A stretch of 64,000 nt of DNA, from NCBI GenBank assembly GCA_027045875.1, contig JALUAG010000052.1, positions 55,054 to 119,053 of the forward strand, in the 5' to 3' direction. This document shows, in pieces, positions 57,318-64,000 of the stretch. The position numbers and the translations under genes were made by a program. The stretch is from Alphaproteobacteria bacterium (GTDB taxonomy: Bacteria > Pseudomonadota > Alphaproteobacteria > Geminicoccales > Geminicoccaceae). Under the pieces are notes generated by a model. That model made no database searches, had not been told where the DNA came from, and was given only the letters and a program-made list of their open reading frames with translations. Within the stretch, counting starts at the first letter, position 1, and every line of letters begins with the position of its first letter.

Positions 57318-58889
57318 ATGCGCGGGACGCTCGAAAGGCTGAGGGGGACGGTGTTCGTCCTCGCATTGCTGCTCGCCGGTCCGCTGGCCGCCTACGAGCT
57401 GGGGGCGCTGCGTCTCGGAGTGCTGAAGTTCGGCACCGTCAACTGGGAGCTCGATGTGATCAGGACCAACGGGCTCGACGCCGAGGAGGGCTTCACCCTC
57501 GAGGTACAGGGTTACGGCGGCGGCGAGGCCACCAACGTGGCGCTGATGGGGGGCGCGGTCGACGGCATCGTCGACGACTGGATCTGGGTCTCGCGCCAGC
57601 GCGCGGCCGGCATTCCGCTGGTCTTCGCCGTGCCCTATTCGCACACCGTGGGCGCCCTCGTCGTCCACGGCGATTCGGGCATCGACAGTCTCGACCAGCT
57701 GGCCGGCAGGAAGATCGGCATCGCCGGCGGCCCGTTCGACAAGAGCCGACTGCTCGTCCAGGCGGTGGCCGGGAAGCACCACGAGATCGCCCTCGCCGAT
57801 GTGGCGGAGCTCGCTTTCGGCGCCCCGCCGCTGCTCAATCAGAAGTTCCTTTCCGGCGAGCTCGACTCCGTCCTCAACTACTGGCATTTCGTTGCCCGCC
57901 TCGAGGCCGCGGGTCACAGGCGGCTCCTGAACGTCTCCGACGCTCAGGCCGAGCTCGGGGTACCGCCCACGGTGCCGCAGCTGGGCTACGTCTTCCAGGA
58001 GAGCTTCGTCGAGGCCGACCCGGAGCTCGTCAAGGCCTTCGCGCGGGCCTCCTACAACGCCAAGCGGATCCTGCGGGACAGCGACGCCGAATGGGAGCGC
58101 ATCCGGCCCCTGACCAAGGCCAAGAACGACGCCGAGCTCGAGACCCTCGAGCGTCGGTTCCGCGAGGGCATCGTCGAGAGCTGGGGTGACGAGGAGCGGA
58201 AGCTGGCGGCGCGGATGGCGGCCGATCCCCAGCTCATGCCGGGACCGGCGGCAGTGGTCGCCCGGATGACGGCCGAGGCGCGGAGCGGCGAGCTCTTCTT
58301 CCACCTCGGCACCACCCTCGCCCGGGTGGCGGCGAGCTTTCTCGTCGCCATGCTGGCGGGCACCGCCCTCGGCCTGCCGAAGGGACGCCGGCGCCTCGCC
58401 GACGAGCTCGGTGGCCCCTGGCTCGTCTTCTTCCTCAATCTGCCGGCCCTCGTCACCATCGTTCTCGCCTACATCTGGATCGGGCTCGTGGAGAGCGCCG
58501 CGATCCTCGCCGTGGCCCTCAACAAAATGCCCAACGTCACCGTCACCGTGCGCGAGGGGGCGCGCGCCCTCGATACCGGTCTTTCGGAAATGGCGACCGT
58601 GTTCGAGGTCCCCTTCGGGCGGCGTCTGCGCCACGTGCTGCTGCCCCAGCTCTATCCTCACATCGCCGCCGCGGCCCGGTCCGGTCTCGCCCTCATCTGG
58701 AAGATCGTACTGGTGGTCGAGCTGCTGGGGTGACCCGACGGGGTGGGTTTCCAGATCGCCATCTTTTTCCAGTTCTTCGACGTCGCCGGCATCCTCGCCT
58801 ATGCTCTGGCCTTCATCCTCGTCGTGCAGGCCATCGAATGGGGTCTCCTCCAGCCGCTCGAGCGACGGCTGACGCAATGGCGGCGCTGA
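57318..58889 (+). pseudogene. NitT/TauT-type substrate-binding protein fused in frame to a permease lacking TM1, interrupted by an in-frame TGA at 58731-58733
   Basis: aa 1-~300 form a signal peptide plus an SBP-like domain. aa ~305-471 form a permease from the LMPGP motif onward. After the TGA the same frame continues for 51 sense codons (PDGVGFQIAIFFQFFDVAGILAYALAFILVVQAIEWGLLQPLERRLTQWRR) to a TGA at 58887. That stop overlaps the next gene's ATG in the usual operon fashion. Confidence 0.65.
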
Positions 58890-59630
58890 CCGTCGCCATC
58901 GTCGAAAAGAGCTTCCCTGCTCTGGGTGCGGCGAGCGCGCGACAGGTTCTCGGCCGCCTGGACTTCACCCTGAGACCGGGCGAAACGGTGGTCCTCACCG
59001 GTCCCTCCGGCTGCGGCAAGACCACGCTGCTCAACATCGTGGCCGGTCTCGATTGCCGTTTCGAGGGCTGCATCGAGATGCCGGAGGGGACCCGCATCGG
59101 CTACGTTTTCCAGGAGCCCCGCCTGCTGCCCTGGCGCACGGTCGAGGACAATCTGCGCCTCGTGCTGCGCGGCGAGGAGGCGGAGATCGCCCGCCGCATC
59201 GGCGAGGTGCTGGCCGAGGTGGGACTGGCCGATGCGCACCATGTCTACGCCTCGCGCCTGTCGCTCGGCATGGTCCGGCGGGTGGCGATCGCCCGCGCCT
59301 TCGTGGTGCGGCCGAGCCTGCTGCTCCTCGACGAACCCTTCGTCTCCCTCGACGAACCGACGGCCGCCCGGTTGCGCCGCCTGCTGCTCGGTCTCCTGGC
59401 CACGCACCGGGTGACCACCCTGTTCGTCACCCCACGATCTGCGCGAGGCGATCATGCTCGCCGATCGCCTCCTCTTCCTCTCGCATCCGCCGGCGCGGAT
59501 CGTGGCCGACCTGCCCGTGCCCCTCGATCGGGCGGCACGCACCGAGGACGCCGCGATCGAGGCCTTCCGCGTCCGCCTCGGCGAGCTGCCGGCCTTGCTC
59601 GAACAGGGCCTCGCGGAGCCCGCGCCCTGA
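58877..59630 (+). pseudogene. NitT/TauT-type ABC ATP-binding protein with a +1 frameshift in a C-run (59430-59433)
   Basis: Walker A GPSGCGKTT, Q-loop FQEPRLLPW, signature LSLGMVRR, Walker B LLLLDEPFVSLD, then ...TTLFVT. The expected H-loop HDLREAIMLADRLLFLSHPPARIV... continues only in the +1 frame, up to the TGA at 59628. The sequence reads ACCCCAC where ACC CAC is expected. Confidence 0.65.
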
Positions 59631-60365
59631 TGCCCGGCGGCGCTCGAGATCGCGCATCTCTCCTACGCCTACACCCGACGCGGGCGGGCGCCGGACGATG
59701 TTTCGCTGACCGTGCCGGAAGGCTCCTTCACCGCGCTCCTCGGTCCCAACGGTGCCGGCAAGACGACGCTGATGGCGCTCGTCACCCGGCTGTTCGAGGC
59801 CCGCGAGGGCGAGATCCGCGTCTGCGGTCTCGATCTCCGCCGCGCCAGCACGGCGGTCCTCGCGCGCATGGGGGTGGTGTTCCAGCACCCCACCCTCGAC
59901 GTCGATCTCTCGGTGGACCGGAACCTGCGCTATGCCGCGGCCCTGCACGGCATGAGCCGGGCCGAGACCCGGCGGCGGGTGGAGGAGGTGCTGGAGCGGC
60001 TCGGGATCGCCGTCTTGCGGCGGCGTCCGGTGCGCACCCTTTCGGGCGGCGAACGACGGCGGGTCGAGCTGGCGCGCGCGCTCGTCCACGCACCGTCCCT
60101 CCTGGTGCTGGACGAGCCGACGGTGGGCCTCGACATCGAGAGCCGGCGGGCGATCGTCGAGCATGTGCACGAGCTCTGCCGCAGGGACGGGGTGGCGGCG
60201 CTGTGGACCACCCATCTGATCGACGAGATCGCCGAGGGGGACCGGGTGGTGGTGCTCCATGGCGGCCGGGTGAGGGCGGCGGGCGGCCTCGCCGATATTC
60301 TCGCCGCTGCCGGAACCGGCGATCTCGGCACCGCGTTCCGCATGCTCACCGAAGAGGAGCGATGA
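59630..60365 (+). pseudogene. ABC-2-type exporter ATP-binding protein; the conserved N-terminus lacks an in-frame start codon
   Basis: The body frame reads LEIAHLSYAYTRRGRAPDDVSLTVPEGSFTALLGPNGAGKTTL..., signature LSGGERRRVELARAL, Walker B LLVLDEPTVGLD. The first in-frame start is GTG 59712, only 9 codons before Walker A. An ATG at 59630 overlaps the preceding stop (TGATG) but is in a different frame. Alternative call: a truncated CDS at 59712..60365. Confidence 0.5.
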
Positions 60366-61162
60366 TCCGCTATCTGCGCTGTTCCGCCGGCATCGTCACG
60401 CGCGAGCTCTCGCGCTTCGTGCAGCAGCGGGGCCGCTTCTTCGCCGCACTGGTGCGGCCGCTCGTCTGGCTGCTCATCTTCGCCGCCGGCTTCCGCTCGA
60501 TCCTCGGCGTCTCGATCCAGCCGCCCTACGAGACCTACATCCTCTGCGAGGTCTCCATCACCCCCGGCCTCGCGGCGATGATCCTCCTCTTCGCCGGCAT
60601 GCAGAGCTCGCGCTCGATGGTCTACGACCGCGAGATGGGCTCGATGCGGGTGCTGCTGGTGAGCCCCTTTCCGCGCTGGTACCTGCTCACCTCGAAGCTC
60701 GTCTCGGGGGTGATCGTCGCCTGCCTGCAGGTCTACGTGTTCCTCGCCATCGCCTGGTTCTGGGACATCCGCCCGCCGCTCACCGGATATCTCGCGGTAT
60801 TCCCTGCGCTGCTGCTGGGTGGCCTCATGCTCGGCGCCCTCGGCCTGCTCCTCTCCTCCCTGATCCGCCAGCTCGAGAACTTCGCCGGGGTGATGAACTT
60901 CGTCATCTTTCCCGTCTTCTTCGCGAGTTCGGCCCTCTATCCGCTGTGGCGCATCCGCGAGAGCAGCTACGCCCTCTATCTCGTCTGTGCCTTCAACCCC
61001 TTCACCTATGCGGTGGAGCTGATCCGCTTCTCCCTCTATCTGCGGCCCAATCCCGAGGCGCTCCTGATCACCGCCGGCTGGACGGTGCTGTTCCTCGCTC
61101 TCGCCCTCTACGGCTACAATCCCCAGCGCGGCTTCGTGGCCGCCACCGGCGAGGGCGAGTGA
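60362..61162 (+). CDS. ABC-2-type transporter permease
   Basis: 266 aa from ATG 60362, which overlaps the ATPase stop (ATGA). Six predicted TM helices and a typical ABC-2 membrane pattern (RELSRFVQQRGRFFAALVRPLVWLLIF). Confidence 0.9.
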   Translation: MIRYLRCSAGIVTRELSRFVQQRGRFFAALVRPLVWLLIFAAGFRSILGVSIQPPYETYILCEVSITPGLAAMILLFAGMQSSRSMVYDREMGSMRVLLVSPFPRWYLLTSKLVSGVIVACLQVYVFLAIAWFWDIRPPLTGYLAVFPALLLGGLMLGALGLLLSSLIRQLENFAGVMNFVIFPVFFASSALYPLWRIRESSYALYLVCAFNPFTYAVELIRFSLYLRPNPEALLITAGWTVLFLALALYGYNPQRGFVAATGEGE

Positions 61163-61792
61163 TCAGCCGAGGGCGAAGCCCTGACGGATGCCGTCGATCA
61201 CGTACTGCATGGCGAGCGCGCCCAGGAGCAGTCCCAGAAGACGCGACAGCACGCCGATCATGGTCGGCCCGAGATAGCGCTGGATGCGATTGCCGAGGAG
61301 CAGCGCCACATAGGTGGCGACCATGATCAGCAGCAGGGCGGCGGCCACCGAGAGGAGCTGCGGCCAGGCGCCGGCGTAGCGCTCGGCGGCGAGGATGGTA
61401 GTGGTGATCGCCGCCGGTCCGGCAATGAGCGGAATGCCCAGCGGGAACACGGCGATGTCCGAGGTCTGCGGCTCGCTCGCGATCGTACCCGCGGTGCCGC
61501 CCCGTCGTTCGCCCCGCCGTTCGAACACCATCTCCAGCGCCAGCACGAACAGGAACAGCCCGCCCGCCACGCGGAAGGCCGGGATGCCGATCCCGAGGCC
61601 GGTGAGAAGGCCCCGGCCGAAGAGGACGAACAGCAGCAGCACGACCGTGCCGACCAGCACCCCACGGAGCGCGATCCGGCGCCGTTCGTCGGCCTCCGCC
61701 TCGCCCGTGATGGCGATGAAGATGGGCACGAGGCCCAGGGGATCGACGGTGACGAAATAGGCCACCAGCGCGGTGGTGAAGGCCTCGCCCAC
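61163..61792 (-). CDS. MarC-family (UPF0056) integral membrane protein
   Basis: 209 aa. YFVTVDPLGLVPIF and FPLGIPLIAGPAAITT are characteristic of the MarC family. Confidence 0.9.
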   Translation of the reverse strand: MGEAFTTALVAYFVTVDPLGLVPIFIAITGEAEADERRRIALRGVLVGTVVLLLFVLFGRGLLTGLGIGIPAFRVAGGLFLFVLALEMVFERRGERRGGTAGTIASEPQTSDIAVFPLGIPLIAGPAAITTTILAAERYAGAWPQLLSVAAALLLIMVATYVALLLGNRIQRYLGPTMIGVLSRLLGLLLGALAMQYVIDGIRQGFALG

Positions 61793-61807
61793 GCCCCTTC
61801 CCCTCGC

Positions 61808-62560
61808 TCAGTAGGTCGCGCGGCCGCCCGAGAGGTCGAACACCGCCCCGGTGGTGAAGGAATTCTCCTCGGACACGATCCAGGCCACCATGGCGGCGAT
61901 CTCCTCGAGCTCGACGAAGCGCCCGCGCGGGATCTTGGAGAGCATGTAGTCGACGTGCTCCTGGCTCATCTGGTCGAAGATCCGCGTGCGCGCCGCCGCC
62001 GGCGTGATGCAGGCGACGGAGATGTCGTGCGAGGCCAGTTCCTTGCCCAGCGACTTGGTGAGGGCGATGACCCCGGCCTTGGCGGCGCTGTAGGCGGCGG
62101 CGTTGGGGTTGCCCTCCTTGCCGGCGATGGAGGCGGTGGTGCAGATGCGCCCGTAGTTCTGCTCCACGAGCTGCGGCACCACGGCCCGCAGGGTGTGGAA
62201 CACGCCGGTGAGATCGATGTCGATCACCTGCCGCCAGGCGTCGAGCGGGTATTCCCAGAGCGGCATGGTGGGGCCGGCGATGCCGGCGTTGGGCACCAGG
62301 ATGTCGATGCCGCCCAGGGCGGCGTTGGTCTCCCGCACCGCCCGTTCCACCGCGGGATATTCCGTCACGTCCACGGAAACGGACGCGACACGGCCCTCCG
62401 CCGCCAGCTCCTCGGCGGTGCGGGACAGGGTGTCGGCATCGCGGTCCCAGAGTGCTACCGCCGCGCCCGAGCGCAGCAGCCGCGAGGCGATCGCCCGCCC
62501 GATGCCCTGCGCGGCGCCGGTGACCACCGCACGCCGGCCTTCGAGATCGATCCTGTTCAT
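61808..62560 (-). CDS. SDR-family oxidoreductase
   Basis: From ATG 62560: AVVTGAAQGIGRA, PNAGI, and an S...YSAAK catalytic motif. Confidence 0.9.
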   Translation of the reverse strand: MNRIDLEGRRAVVTGAAQGIGRAIASRLLRSGAAVALWDRDADTLSRTAEELAAEGRVASVSVDVTEYPAVERAVRETNAALGGIDILVPNAGIAGPTMPLWEYPLDAWRQVIDIDLTGVFHTLRAVVPQLVEQNYGRICTTASIAGKEGNPNAAAYSAAKAGVIALTKSLGKELASHDISVACITPAAARTRIFDQMSQEHVDYMLSKIPRGRFVELEEIAAMVAWIVSEENSFTTGAVFDLSGGRATY

Positions 62561-62632
62561 GGTCTCCTCCCCGTCACTGTGCGCGAGGCATGGCACAGCA
62601 CCGGGCCCGCGGCAACGCCCCTGCGGCGGGAT

Positions 62633-63268
62633 CTAGGGAGACGTCGTGCCGTGGCCGCCGAAGGACCCGGGAACGCGCACCGGATGGCCGAAACGCAGGG
62701 TTTCGGTGACGAAGATGGGTCGATCCCGGTAGCCCACCATCAGCGGCCAGCCGTTGCGGGCGTAGGTGGCGAAGGCCGCCCGGCCACAGGCGCCGCGCGG
62801 GCGCGGCCGGAGCGCCGTCTCCACCCGCTGCAGGAGGGTGACGGCGCGCACGAGGGGCTCGGCGAAGCGCTTCATCCAGCGGCTCGAAAGCACCTCGGCG
62901 CAGATCGTCTCGCCCCGCTTCAGGACGTTGTAGACGCTGCCGTAACCGGCCACGGGAGGACCGGGGCTCCAGCTCTCGAGCCGGTAGCCGTCGAGGGTCG
63001 CCCCGTCGTCGCCTCCGGCCGCCAGGCGCCGCCGCGTCCCGTCGGCGCCGAGGCGGAAGACCTCGCCGCGGCGGAGCTCCAGCAGATAGCGACGGCCGTC
63101 CACCTCACCGAGCGCGCGGGCGCCGTCGTCGGCGAGCTCGACGCGCAGCGGCTGGTTCTCGAGGCGGCCCTCGAGCAGGATGCCGGCCCGGGCCCCGACG
63201 GTGGAGAGCGCGAGCCCGAGCACAGCGGCCAGCAGGCGACCGAAGAGCCGGCCACGCTCAGGTGGCAC
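62633..63268 (-). CDS. Hypothetical secreted protein
   Basis: ORF with a signal-like segment ([21 protein letters not shown]). The start is uncertain (GTG 63268 or ATG 63301), and either one overlaps the purB 3' end. No family recognised. Confidence 0.45.
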   Translation of the reverse strand: MPPERGRLFGRLLAAVLGLALSTVGARAGILLEGRLENQPLRVELADDGARALGEVDGRRYLLELRRGEVFRLGADGTRRRLAAGGDDGATLDGYRLESWSPGPPVAGYGSVYNVLKRGETICAEVLSSRWMKRFAEPLVRAVTLLQRVETALRPRPRGACGRAAFATYARNGWPLMVGYRDRPIFVTETLRFGHPVRVPGSFGGHGTTSP

Positions 63269-64000
63269 GGCCGAACACCCGGGCGAAGATCCGATCGACA
63301 TGGCGGGTATGGTACTGGAGGTCGAAGAGCCGGGCCAGCTCCTCGTCCGGAAGTCGGGTCGTAACCTCGGGATCCCCGGCCAGCAACTCGAGAAGCGGCC
63401 GCTCCTCGGTGAAGGCGCGCATGGCGTGACGCTGGACGATCTCGTAGGCGCGCTGGCGTGGCAGGCCGCGTTCCGCGAGGGCGAGCAGCACCCGCTGCGA
63501 GAAGACGAGGCCGTGGGTGGCCTCGAGATTGGCCCGCATGCGCTCGGGGTACACCACCAGCCCCTCGACGAGACCGGCGAGCCGGGCGAGGGCGAAATCG
63601 GCGAGCACGAGCGCGTCCGGCAGCATCACCCGCTCCACCGAGCTGTGGGAGATGTCCCGCTCGTGCCAGAGGACGATGTTCTCGAGCGCCGGGCCGAGCG
63701 CGGCACGGATCATCCGGGCGAGGCCGGTGAGGTTCTCGGACAGGATGGGATTGCGCTTGTGGGGCATGGCCGAGCTGCCCTTCTGGCCGGGAGCGAAGGG
63801 CTCCTCGACTTCCCGCACCTCGGTGCGCTGGAGATGGCGGATCTCCACGGCGAGGCGTTCGATGGCACCGGCCAGCAGGGCGAGAGCGGCGTGCAGCGCG
63901 GCGTGACGGTCTCTCGGCACCACCTGCGTGGCGACGGTCTCGGGTTCGAGCCCGAAGCGGGCCGCCACCGCCTCCTCCACCCGCGGATCGATGTTGGCGT
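63258..64000 (-). CDS. purB: Adenylosuccinate lyase, 5' end outside window
   Basis: The C-terminal ~247 aa include the fumarate-lyase signature [14 protein letters not shown] and a PurB-type C-terminal domain. The frame is open to the window edge. Confidence 0.95.
   Translation of the reverse strand, partial: ANIDPRVEEAVAARFGLEPETVATQVVPRDRHAALHAALALLAGAIERLAVEIRHLQRTEVREVEEPFAPGQKGSSAMPHKRNPILSENLTGLARMIRAALGPALENIVLWHERDISHSSVERVMLPDALVLADFALARLAGLVEGLVVYPERMRANLEATHGLVFSQRVLLALAERGLPRQRAYEIVQRHAMRAFTEERPLLELLAGDPEVTTRLPDEELARLFDLQYHTRHVDRIFARVFGRAT

Noticed and set aside
58731-58733. The in-frame TGA read as selenocysteine.
   Set aside because: No convincing SECIS-like stem-loop follows the codon; only a 4-bp ACCC/GGGT pairing is present. 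ABC permeases are not known selenoproteins. A sense codon (probably Arg) is the simpler expectation at this position.
61160-61165. The convergent ABC-2 permease and MarC genes have abutting stop codons that form the palindrome TGATCA.
   Set aside because: This is a coincidental consequence of TGA stops on both strands. No hairpin or repeat structure accompanies it.

Overview
High-GC (about 70% by eye), densely coding chromosomal segment whose gene content looks like a free-living, motile alphaproteobacterium, possibly Rhodospirillales-like. I call about 60 protein genes and one tRNA-Gln(CUG). Housekeeping and metabolic genes: dnaE (5' end off-window), purB (5' end off-window), glyA, sdaA, a phosphomannomutase/ugd/galU sugar-nucleotide cluster, split hydantoinase hyuA and hyuB, udh plus a DHDPS-family lyase, dgoK, an acyl-CoA dehydrogenase, two SDRs and an M20 amidohydrolase. 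Transport genes: livHMGF-x-livJ, dppA unlinked from dppBCDF, an RND pump with its adaptor, a NitT/TauT-type ABC importer coupled to an MFS gene, an ABC-2 exporter and a MarC-family protein. I saw no CRISPR array, IS element, integrase or prophage genes. Nearly all other long ORFs in the track are off-frame or antisense shadows typical of high-GC DNA. The best candidate for an undescribed system is a tightly coupled minus-strand operon at 45567-51657. It runs cheY, cheZ, two MotB-plug-like membrane proteins with degenerate OmpA-like domains (only one keeps the channel Asp), then a 1217-aa secreted beta-module/TPR protein. There is no motA in the window, and a perfect CtrA box (TTAA-N7-TTAAC) lies upstream. 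A second perfect CtrA box sits upstream of a hypothetical gene next to a DUF1013 (TrcR-like) gene, and a ChpT-like phosphotransferase candidate lies elsewhere in the window. A second notable locus (57318-60365) is an ABC cluster with several lesions within about 1.5 kb: an in-frame TGA, a +1 frameshift in a C-run, a missing start codon, and an SBP-permease fusion lacking TM1. This suggests gene decay or local sequence errors. All family assignments come from reading the translations and motifs by eye; no database search was run.
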